DNA of 64,000 nucleotides, taken from assembly GCA_038496445.1 (NCBI GenBank), contig JALMLS010000479.1, forward strand, positions 62,001-126,000, given 5' to 3'. The notes beneath the pieces are model-generated. The model had not been told where the DNA came from, searched no databases, and saw nothing but the letters and a program-made list of their open reading frames with translations. Each line of letters starts with the position of its first letter. Position 1 is the first letter of the stretch. This DNA comes from Trichosphaerium sp. ATCC 40318. Taxonomy: Eukaryota > Protista > Tubulinea. Below are positions 12,975-24,775 of this stretch, in pieces. Made by a program: the position numbers and the translations under genes.

Positions 12975-13355
12975 TGCTATTGTCGAGTCAGGTCAAGTTA
13001 ACGGTCTGGTTTTCTTAGTATAGTAATTTTTTTTACCACGTGGAAAGGCGTCATGCAAACCGCTCTCAACAGAGCTGATACCCTGTTAGACATGTACAAC
13101 ATACTGTTTGTTATGAGCGTGGCGTAAATGGGACAAATAACGTCCCTGTACCAGAGTTTGACATAAATCTGTAACTGTTCCTTACTCAACAAAAAAAAAA
13201 CTTTCCAAAAAAAACATGTGCAATGAGACCGTAGGGCGCTGTACTACAATTTTGAAAAAAAAAATGAAACGGATAAAGTCTGTTGCTGGGTTTCCTTTTT
13301 GAGAAAAGTAAAAAAAAAAACTGAAGCGTTAACTTGACCTGACTCGACAATAGCA
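12975..13355. mobile_element. MITE-like element, 381 bp, with perfect 29-bp terminal inverted repeats
   Basis: tgctattgtcgagtcaggtcaagttaacg (12975-13003) and its exact reverse complement (13327-13355). No credible coding capacity. The TSD is ambiguous (TA if the outer 5 bp are flank). Confidence 0.75.
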
Positions 13356-13751
13356 GATGAAATGCTACTTATTTTTTTTTTGCTTTTGCAAGCACTCTAT
13401 CACACCTGTACCACTCGATTTTTATCTGGCACAACTGTGAATTCTAGACTACAACTGTAGCTATGGTTCAAAGTCATTCTCTGTAGAGAATGAAAGTAAT
13501 TTAACAGTGCCTTGTTCGGTAAGTAAAGCGAGAATTCAAAGACATCAAAAAAAAAAGTTGTTATTATTAATCTTCCAAGTGATGACTTTGCAAATGTTGA
13601 TATTGATCCTGACATTTAATAAAAGTATTAGCAATGGCATAAATAAACGCACCTTAAATGATTTGCAGTACTTATAAACTGCACTACGGGGAAAGGTACA
13701 AAACAATATTGTCCAAACTTAGAACAATCAGAAATAAAAATCTAAGTATTT

Positions 13752-15959
13752 TTATTCAGATTTGGTTGCTATCAAACACGATTCTGGTAGCAATGGAATA
13801 GAAATATTACACATCCTTTCTATTTCTCTAATACTGTACGACTCTTCTCTGCGAACAAGGTTGATGGTGCGATGCTACAATGAAATAAATCAGCAACGTT
13901 TTTTCAGGGTAGGAAAAAAAAAGTTTGATTTACTCACCCCAGTACCCTTTGCTGTTCTATGGACGTAGTTACCGAATGCATGACACATGTCATAATTGAT
14001 AACATACTCAACCTAGATAAACGGTATTAGAGGTAAGTGAGCAAGGTAATTTTTTAGTTTGTTCACAGTTTTGTTATTTTTTTTTCGTTATGTACCTCCG
14101 GTATGTCTAGTTGCATGGCAACAGGAGCAGTCGCAATAAGAAATTTATATCGACCCAAAAGAAATTGCTAAAGAAAAATAGAAGTAAGTACCACGTGTTT
14201 AAACACGTCATCAACAACATACCGTCACCTTGGACTGAAGCTCATCACTTAACATCTTGTCTGTAACAATAGCAACCTTAATAAAACGTAAGAAGCTGTA
14301 ATAGCGTAACTATGCTTTGAAGGACATACTGACTTGTCATCAAAGCTTAGACTGTAAGCCAGGTTCATCGAACTCATTTGAGAGTTGCAGAATACGATAC
14401 TTTGTTGAATATCCCATGTACGCACTAAACGTGTGAAAGCACGTTTTTTCTCCTCTTCATCCTCAACTATCACGTGATAATGTGTAATATCCGACCTCCT
14501 TTTTTGAATAATCGGTGATGGAGGTGACATAGGTGGTGAGAAGAGAGAGCTCGCCTTTTCAACTGTATGAAAGAACAAAGGAGGAATTTTCTGTGGTTTC
14601 TCGGCAGCTGTTGTTGGTTGTGGGAGTGATCCTTTTCCTGTTGTCATAGCTGGTACTATCGAATCGTCGCTTGACCTCTCAGTTATATTGATAGATACCA
14701 TCTCGCCTTCAGATACAGTGAACACATCATCACAATGCGTAAGAATGAACTGTTTGACGTTTGTATCACGTGTTGCGAAATAATCTCCTCCATGTGTTCT
14801 ACGGAATGCAGCGTCAAGTACAGCGCAAGGAACTTGATCATTTTCTCCAAGAACAAGTATTTCGGATGTAATTATTGAGTAAAGCTTCTTCTTAGCCATA
14901 TCAAGTTTATTCTTAGGTACAACAGAAAAGTTCTAGGTAAAGTTTGAGGAACAGTAAGAAAAAAACGCGAACAAACACAAAAACCGTAAAAAAGTTGCTA
15001 ATTATCTTTACGTACCTTGATAGCGTTCGAATTTGCAATGTATATGTAGGAACGTGCACGTATTAATACATCGACACAGAAGTGCTCAATGAACTTGTAT
15101 TGAGATAGTCCAGTGTAATCGAAGAAAGATTGTCCAGCTTTTTGTTTAAATTTCTGGAATCCTTCAGAAGCCTTGAAGTAACGTATTTGAGGGAATAACG
15201 TCAGTAATCGAGATTTATAGGTTTCTATAGTATCAAGATCCATAGGAGGCATTTCGGGAGGTGCTTGCTGAAGATTCTGAAAACCAAACTTTGATCGCTT
15301 GCTTCCGCTTGAAACAGTGTGCCAACTAAACTGATCGCTTTTTGTCTGTTGAGGCTTAATGGCGTAGTTCATCATTGATTGTTCTCTTTCTTGTTTCTTA
15401 GTTATCATTCTCGAAGGTTTAGACCGTAGGGCGATGCAATGAGTAATGTGAAGGTGAGGGTAAGACTGCTTTATGAAAGTTCTTATACTCATTCCGTATT
15501 GATCTTTGAAACTTTTTCCGTAAGTTTTCATGAACACGTGTTTCACGTGACCAGGTGATGGGGGCGTTGTGACTTTCGGATCGTCTTCAATATCTTTTAC
15601 CAGTTTTCTTATAATATTAACGACTTCACGGTTAGCAACATCCTAAAAAAACCGTTAGAAAAAAAAAGTTGTAGTTTTGTCTTACTGTAACAGCTAGAGG
15701 TTCCTCTCTCGTTACTAGTACTTCACAAAGTTTTAATCTGTCCTATTGAAAAACTTAGCTGTATTAGTAAGCATTTATTTGGTTGTACCGAACAGTGTAA
15801 TTCTACAAACTTGGCAATAGATACACCCAGAGTTGATTTCAAATCTCTTTGATCGTTTTTCTGCTGAAAAAACCGATCAAGCTCAGAAATCTTCAAACAG
15901 TTTCCTGCACTCTCGGAGACTTGTATCACAAACAATGCTTTAGTTTGCGAAATGAGATC
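13752..15959 (-). CDS. Protein with about 4 LOTUS/OST-HTH-like repeats fused to an eIF4A-like helicase C-terminal (RecA2) domain; first exon not located
   Basis: Repeats such as VKHVFMKTYGKSFKDQYGMSIRTFIK, KISELDRFFQQK..LKSTLGVSIAKFVE and GFQKFKQKAGQSFFDYTGLSQYKFIE. C-terminal ITHYHVIVEDEEEK...IQQSIVFCN...FLIAT...LDIP..VINYD....NYVHR...TINLV....SIREIERMCNISI..LP resembles eIF4A domain 2. Confidence 0.65.
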
Positions 15960-17429
15960 CTAGCAAATTGTTAATCATATCTCCGAGAAGAAGAGCACAC
16001 AAAAGCTTCGAAAGAGAGCTCAAAACAACAACCAAAAATTTTCTCCCAATAAAAATTATAAATCGTTAAAACGGTTTTTTTTTCGGAGCACGTGATAAAC
16101 ATCACGAAACACGTTTTTTACGCTTGAACAAGTTGTTTTGATATTTTAACTACAACTTGAAACACTAGACAAAACAAAAAAAGTTTGGGCTAAGAAAGAT
16201 GCTTCGTACTTGCTCTGCCAATACGTTGGCGATATCCAAGGCCGCTTTTTGTTGTTCTGCACCTGCAGAGTTCCATAGCGCGTCTAGAACGGCTCTAGCT
16301 CGCATAGCATATTGCGAGCTGTTAGGTACTGTCGAGAGAGTCCTAAAACACTCTTATTTTCTGACGTTATTCAAAAACAAACTGTACCTAAAGGCCTCTG
16401 TCGCAGATTTGATAAAGTTCATTTATAATGTACAAATGTCGTTTTAAGACTGGTTGCGTTGAGGACAATCTTTGGGTTTTTTATGGAACACATATGTCTT
16501 AATCCGGTTAAGCCGGTATCCCAAAAAAATGAATCTGTTTTACAGTTACTTTTTTAATCGATTTCTTTAGGGACATTTGTTTGACAAGAGATTATAATTT
16601 TGAAATTTCTACGCCCTTGTAATCACTTAAATGCTTTGTTGCTCTAAGAAAGGGTACGTAATTTGCTGTTGTGTAATCAAATTGTTACAAAGAAAACTCA
16701 TAAAATTTTATACATGCATCCAACAATTTCTGTTGGCCAGTGTTTTCTTTACAGTTGCCTGTGGATATAAGGCATTCATTACAAAAGGCATTGGCCGTTA
16801 CAAAAAATAAAATCCGACAGGCATTATTGTCGCCAATTAATGGGCGTTGCGGTGTGCAGTAAAATGTGTATTCGCAATAAAAAGTGATACGGTTTTTTGT
16901 GTATGGCCTTAAATACTAAGCCCACGGTTAAATAAAACCATTAGGAACACAAACCAAGCTCCCCATACAGGAGATAAAACTCCTCTTTTGCTATAGCTGA
17001 GAAGATTCCTTGCTATCTCAACTTACGGTTTGCGAGACACGTGCATGTATAAACTCGCTAACTTCATTAATACAGAGAATTGAGCTTTCGGTGTAGGTGT
17101 GAAATAAAAGTTTGCACGTTTTAACACGATGATCTGCGCGATAAAAGTTGTCCACAAGCCCAAGATACATGTCTACCTTCAATGACTACACTAAATTTGT
17201 TGAGGGACGTTTTCATTGCCTTTAGTGCATCCAAGAGTGATTGGGCACTAGTCATTATCAATACACCAATAAAATGCAAAAATGCGTATGCGCATGGCTA
17301 CGAGTTTTAAACAGAGTATGCATTCCGTCCAGATCATTCCGCTCGCGCAAACATCAAATGAAAAAAAAAAAAATTAAAAAACAACATGTTGTATTGTAAG
17401 TGGTAAAGAGTTTACATGGCTTTATCACA

Positions 17430-17710
17430 ACTAACAAATTGTGAAACGTGTTGGTGTGATGCATGATAGAGCTGAAGACTTGCATACTAACACAACAGCT
17501 TTGTGCGTTTATAAATACCTTTGTGACTCTTTCACATTGAGGGCCTTCTTACTGGCACCTGATTACAGCGATCTACTGATGATGTTGATGTCACAACACG
17601 ATATCGCTGAAGGAAATAAGATTGTACTTGATGGATACACAGTGATATAAATAACCGTTTCACTGTCACTTCACTATTGTTAACAGTACACGTTGTTGTC
17701 AATAATAGCA
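17430..17710 (+). pseudogene. Decayed internal fragment of the surface-protein family
   Basis: Indel-ridden homology to about 19970-20310 (VVMHDR..., D.DVTT.IAEGN.IVLDG). Confidence 0.75.
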
Positions 17711-18265
17711 TGCAAATTTTAAAGCTTGTTTGGCTAAATGGTAATTTCTCGGAGCAATCAGTCCGAATTCGATTGCAACTACCCAAAATGGTGTTCGTTT
17801 GTTCGACAATATGTGTGACAGCAAATGCGAGCAACGTAGATAGCACTGTTCGCTTTTGGTTAGAATATCGGTTTGCTCGGGACAAGAACACGGCCAACGC
17901 TCACAAAATGTCAGCCCATTGGTGGTCCGAAAAAACACTTCCGAAACATAATTCTTGATTTGGAGTATTAATTTACTACCAAAAACTCTGATTGTAGGTT
18001 ATTGGTAGTTTTACAGCGTTACCTTTGTTGACGCAGTAACACCTATACGACCAGAATCTTAGCTTACATAAAAGTAGTTTTACTTATTATGAATTGGTGA
18101 GCTATCTCTCCTCATAGCAATAGAGTATCTGGTAGTGGTAAATAACCTCTTTGTGGGGTTAATACAGCGAGGAATATATACTACAAATGATGTAATATCT
18201 ACAATTAATCATTCACTGAAGACGTTTTGGTAAGTAAAGTAAAATTGTAGTTTTTTCTAAACACC

Positions 18266-21200
18266 ATGAAGGCTGTTGCGACTATTGCAGTTTTATTGTG
18301 TTTAAGTACGTAAATTATCTATTCTGTACCCTTTATAGTCGACTAAACGATGTACCAGCTGTTTTCCACCTGGCAGTAGTTCAAGGCCAATTCGAATTCA
18401 TTTGGACAGGAAACGTACGCGTTTCGCGTATTAACACGCTTTCGATTGCGTGTACCAGTAATTAAGCCTAAAATGTAGGGAAACACCGATTTCTTCCTCG
18501 ATGTCGGTAACTGGTACGGAATATTACAATCTTACACTTGCGCTTCGTTGTGAAACGTGAGAAAAAAAAACCTTGACCAAAATCTGTTCCCTTGTTTGTT
18601 CGCTCACATGTACGTTAACAACTATTTCAGGAACTGTACACCATCACCAATTTGTGAGAGTGTCATACCACCAGCCACAGGCGTTGATGGTCTGGATGTA
18701 CGTGCAACTCAAGTTGATTTGTTTGGATGATAAACAATATTAAGCCAAAACAGTTGATTTATGTTTTATTGTTTTAGACTGTAAACTTTCAAGGCACCGA
18801 ACCCATCAATGTAACTATAAGAACAAGTATCGACCCTCCACCACTATTCCGCGAACCTTTAACAAGTACACAATGGCTACAATCTTAACCTTATTCACGT
18901 GCATACTCATGCTGACGTAGGTGATGTAAACATTGAAATAACAGAAGGAGCTCAGGTATGACTTTTACAAAAAGCAAAAGCGAAATCGAAAAAACAAAAA
19001 CCAAGTTTGTCGATTGATTGTTAAGTTGTTTGTCGATTGTTAAGTTGTTTTTTTTTGTTTTTGTAGATCCGCATAGAAGCTTCCCGTGGAATACGTTTGA
19101 TTGGATTTAACTTCTTCTATGGTGGTTCACAGTTCTGTGTTGTTGAATTTATACGTGGGATATCTGTATTCAATCCAGACTCTTTATCTTTAGAAAGAGG
19201 TATGTTTCTTCTGTCAAATGTACTACTTGTACAATTTCAGATAGTTAACAAATAACCTTCAGGAACTGGAAGTGGTTTACGTCTTAACTCTGCAAGTGGA
19301 GTCAATCTTGATTTTTTGGCTGGACCTTACATGGTTCCTATGTTTTTCCGTCACACTCAAATCCCTACATTTGAACCTGAATACATCTTAAAGTACCTCA
19401 TTTTTACTCATCATTTTGTTAATTCTTTTTCCAAGGCGAACAGTCATTGATGATAGTATTGTTGTACCTTCCATTGGTGTTGAAAAGAGGCGCATCGTAT
19501 TTGAAACAAACTCAACAGGCCTTGTATCAGCGTTTTTCGATTTTCGTATGACTGAAAGCTTGGACAAAACAGGAATCTATCCAACTGAAGTGTATGCAGA
19601 AAAGGATACAGATTTACTCTCTTTCACTTCAGAATCTGGTCTTGTTGCCAATGTGGATGGCAGTCCTTTTATTATCAAACAGTCAAGACAATCTGTGATT
19701 GGCGGAAACTGGACATTCACATCAGGAGGATCACTTCAACTACTTGGTCAAGGTGTAAGTACATGCTTTACTTTGTTTTATTCGTACCTGTGCTTACAAC
19801 TCTTTAGAGCTGTAGTTTTGAAGGTATATTTGTTGGAGGCTTCTCTACAAAGCGGTCTTCAGGTGCTCAAGGACAACTTGTTGTATCATCTCCCATTGTC
19901 GTGTTTAACAGTTCATCACAACTACAAAACATGGAAGGTACTATCATTATATGTGTAGCTGGCAATGCTAATCAATTGTGAAACTAGTTGTTGTGATGCA
20001 TGATAGAGTTGATGATGAAACCCGTCTTTCTTTTGATACAAATAACACTAGCGGCTTGTCAATAGATGCAAGAAACCAAACTCGTGTTTTATCTTCACTT
20101 GATCTAACCTTTGTACGTTAACAAAATACATTCAACGACTTACACATTTGAAGGCGTGCTTAAAAGCACCTAATTCTAGCGATCTTACTCTGGATGATGT
20201 CGATGTCACAACAGGTATCGCTGAAGGAAATAGTATTGTACTCGATGGATCCAAAGTGCGTATAAATAGAGTTTTCATTGTTTGCTAATGTTTAACAGCT
20301 CACAATTACAAATACAAGTGAGAACTTGAATAGTATTACTTTTAATACAATCCAAAGCGAGTTGATAGTTGACACTTCAACCACTCAAACATATGGTAAC
20401 ATGGGGTACGTGATGGTTCAAACCGTGCTATTTGAGTTGTGTTATTAATGTTGTTACAATAGTGTTAAAGTGAATGGCTCAGGTATTCTCCGTATTCGTC
20501 AAGGAAATCATCAAGTATCTGACCTTGATGCTGGTTCAAGAGTTGTAATTGAAGCAGGTCAGATAACGATTGATCAGTCAATTCTATCAAATAACATCAT
20601 GATTACCACTACATCAAGTGTTGGAAAAGTGACAACACCGCCGAAGATAGGGCCATTAAATCTATCACTAGAATCTGGGCTTGATTTCTTTGGTGACATT
20701 ACATTTAGGCACGTGTTTAACAAACACGAAATCACAACTTTCTTAACCAGGAGCACTTTCACTGCTTTTTGCTGTTCCTACTTGTATTCCTAATCCTCAC
20801 CAAATTTATTTAGTGGCGATAGTACAATACGACTGTACTTCGAAATGGGAATGTTACAAGGCCTTTTGAGAATTGTTGGTGTACGTCACTCTAAAAATAG
20901 AAACAGTGAGTCACAAGGCGTTTAGGAATGGAATCTGGCTGTGCCTATAAATGTTGAAGTAGTGCTCTCTGATGGTATGCTACCCTCAGAACAGGTCACA
21001 TTTGCAACTGGACAATTCTCAGGTGTACCAGGAAACGTGGTATGCCTTGACTGTGCTGAGCGACCTCCATTTATACTTAATTCAAACGAACTTATCATTG
21101 ATTTCAGTACGCAGCCTTTTTACAGCATGTTTTCTAATAAGTGCTAGGATCAATTACAACTATAGCACCAACAAAATCACCTATAGATCAACCTACAATA

Positions 21201-21344
21201 CCAACAATTCCAACAGAACCAGTTGCTCCAACCAACACACCAAGCGGACAAAGTAGTTGTAAACAAATGAAAGGGCATCATAGTTTTGTGCTACTTCTTG
21301 CATTGTACTTTAGTTCTATCTACATGACTATAATGTTCGAATAG
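18266..21344 (+). CDS. Surface protein family, paralog 3, with a Pro/Thr stalk and a GPI-signal/TM-like hydrophobic C-terminus
   Basis: MKAVATIAVLLCLTVFHLAVVQG/QFEFIWTGN..GNTDFFLDVGNW at the start. Last exon PTIPTIPTEPVAPTNTPSGQSS...HSFVLLLALYFSSIYMTIMFE*. Confidence 0.75.
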
Positions 21345-21524
21345 CAACGCATTACAAACACACAAATATTTGCTTCAAATAAATAGCACATTGTAAAAAC
21401 AATAATCACTTATGTTTTGCCGAGCCGAAGAACTATTTGCCATGACTTTCTGAAAAAAACAAAAAAAAAATTTTACCGAGAGCGAGAAAAAAAATCTATA
21501 CTAGTAGCATGTTTGATATCTTCT

Positions 21525-23166
21525 TTATGTACTAACATATTTAGCTTGTGATGCTATGTTTTCTGCAACATTGCTTGGACTTAGTTTCTACATGAAGTAT
21601 AAACAAAGTTAAATAAATACAAAACAAGAATGTGGTTTTTTATTGCACCGGTAGAAACTCTTTTTTAATTTGCCACCCTAACATAGCATCCAAATGAACA
21701 TCTTCTTTGTCTCCTTATCACTTGGTTAATTAGATATAATAAGAGGGTTCATCACATACCTTCTGCAAATGCGTACGCCCAACCGTCATCATCGATGTGA
21801 ATTGCTTTAACTCCTGAATCTTTTAATTTAAGAACTTTCTCACATTTGACTTGGTCTCTAAATAAACAGAAACGTTCAACAACACGTGTCAGAGCATAAA
21901 TAAAATCGTACTTTCGTTTACGATTCCATATACTGAGCGCTAAATAACCTGTAAATACAATGGCAAGAGTACAAAAGAAGGATGGTAGTAACTGTTTTTT
22001 TTCAAGCGCAACTAACAAAAAGTACGTGCCATGTTGAGTCCCAACGTAAAGGTAATCTCCTAAAACTTCTAGTGTATGTGTTTTATGTATCACTTGCTGT
22101 AACAGTGACTCTGCATTTGCTACATTAACATCAAAATGTTAGAACACAATTCACAGCGTTTGATAGAGCAACATTTTACAAACAAACATAGACTAAAAAA
22201 AACTCTATTGTACCTGGAACCTGGATGATATTTACATTGTACAACTTTGTTCCATCAACTATTGAATACACTGATAGCTGTTTATTGATATCCCCCGTGA
22301 ATACTTTATCTCCAAGTATAGCCTTTGCAGTAATATCATAAGGTACTTTTATCTTCTTTTTCCCTTTTGTTGGTTTATTGTTAACACGTGATGAATAGAA
22401 TGTATCATTACGTACCATGTGATTTACTCCATACCCATAAATAATCTTGAGATATAGCAACAACTATATCTTTAATGACTTCATAAGACCTGATGAATAT
22501 TGTATCAACAACGCCTTCATTTTTGCCACCTCCTCCTGACTTCTTTTTCTTCTTCTTTGGCTTCATTACATCATCATGTAATACTAGTGTTAAGTTATTA
22601 TCTTTATCTATACTCCATAGCTCAAAGACTTGCACTGAGGCGATGAGAATTTGAGTTCCTAAAGAAAACTGTTATTTTTTTTTTAATTCAATGAAGCATG
22701 GTACCACAAGGAGTTAATTCGCTAAACTTCATTGATAATCGTAGTGGAATATTTCTCTTTTGAAGTGGCATGATTGGAATAACTTTATTGCTATCAAAAT
22801 CTACCAATAAGTCAAGCAAACAAAAAAGTATGAAAAGAATTACCGGCAATATAGAACTTGTTGAGAGTCACAATTAAACACTTCCCAGAACGCAATGTTA
22901 TCATTATCTGTGCTCTTGGGTACTCCCCGTCTTCTAGCTAAGTTTTATCAATAACAAAGTTGACTGCACAAGACGTACATCAGTCCACATCGGCAGTGTT
23001 TGTTTTTTTGAAGTGTGTATATTGTATCTTTGTAAAAGTGTATCTTTCTTCTCTTTGTTCACGTGCAAAGTGATAACATATGGATAGTTCACAGAAACAA
23101 ACCTAAGTACCATCTTACAGTCAACACGAATTGGCTAAAAAAAGAAACGTCAACAACCATCAACAT
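21525..23166 (-). CDS. Hypothetical multi-exon protein, possibly a beta-propeller (WD40-like); start uncertain
   Basis: Spliceable exons with beta-rich segments: ILGDKVFTGDINKQLSVYSI, LEVLGDYLYVGTQHG, GVKAIHIDDDGWAYAF. Confidence 0.4.
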
Positions 23167-24775
23167 CAGCAAGAGCAAAAAAAAGCGACTTTTTTTCTTG
23201 TTTTTTTCTTCCTTTTGCGTTTTCTGGCTTGTCTTTGCGTTTCTTATCGTACCTCTTCTCGTTTATGCCAACTATTGATAATATATGATCCACGTTCATC
23301 ATATGAAGCGAACATGTAACCCTTGCCGAAAACCCAAACCTGTTTTTTCGAAAAATTAATAATAATTCAATTTTGGGTGTATTGTGTTGTAAAACCGTTT
23401 ACGTAGTTGTTATTTTGTTTGTGACGGAAGTAGCATCGGCTATCGAGGTACGGAGGGAATAATTGATCAAGTCGTACTGTTTTTGGTTTATTTTTTGAAA
23501 ACTAACGCTTATTCAGCTCTAGTGCCAGTTTTAACGCGTTACGTACAGGTTTCATTATGTTTGGGTGTGAAACGTCTTATATCCAGTTAATATCAATTCG
23601 GAGTTATTAATCACGTAGTATGTTATGCTTGCAAGCCGTTTACTCAACAAAACGCAAATTCAACACATTAATTACAAAAAGTCAATACCGATCTTTACCC
23701 AGCCAAGTCTAGCGTCCTATTAGACCATGCCAAGCGCTTGAGTTAGCTGTGATTCTTTCTTAATTGCCTCATTCAAGTTTGTGACTGTTGGTTTCGTGGT
23801 TAGTCAGATCTGACACTGACAGTCTTGTCAGTTCTGGAAAAAACAAAATTTACGTCGTAAACAGGCGGTTATACGGTGGGCATTTGGATTATGTCTGTAT
23901 CTTGAGGCTTTGTCTCCGCATTTTTTGTCTGTGCTTGATTCTCTGTTCTAGTATTACACTACAACGTGAAAAAGTGTTGAAGCGAGTAATTACACACCAT
24001 AATAGCCGTACTACACTACAATCAACTTTTTAGTGTACATTAAAGCGTAAAAAAGGAATAATCGTTTAGTTGCACGTTTGGCGAAACAAAACATCGCCGA
24101 AACAGTTTTTACACGCGTAAACAGGTTGCCAAGGCTTTATGAGCATTTTAAAATGTGCATTATCCATATTTGAGTAGTTTGATTGGATATTTCAATGAAC
24201 TCTATCCCACAATTTTTTTTTTGGATAATATGTTGTGTATAAAAGTATTGTTGGATTATCCATATAGTGTGAAAGAGATTGAGGTTTCTTTCATAAAAAA
24301 ACAACGGCTGTACAATGAGTGATATAATAGAGTACACACAAGAAGGCAATTTTATCTTCCAACACATCGTGACTTGATGTAAGAGTTGGGTTACAAGGTC
24401 TAGTGCACAGTGTATCCTATGTATCCGTTCTCATTGAGGTGGGCTGCCATCGAATATTGGTTCAAGGCTTTGATGTAGAAGATCAAGCTTTGGCTGCCAT
24501 TGGACTTGGCCTCTAGGAGCTTTGCTTCCTAAGGGCCCTCAACTGCTATCTTCGGGTTCTACAACTGATGATTAAGGTAGTTGCGTTGTTTTTGCATGTT
24601 TGACATGCGGAAGTACTGCTAACATGGATACTGGTCGCTCATGTTTTATAGTAGTTGCAACTGCAGCTGTGGAGTTTCAGTAATTATGCCTTTGAATTCA
24701 AAAATCAACAAGACCTTTATCCACAAGAATAGGAGAAGCTATCAACCTTTTTATTTGTACAGTTGCTTGGTAAGT

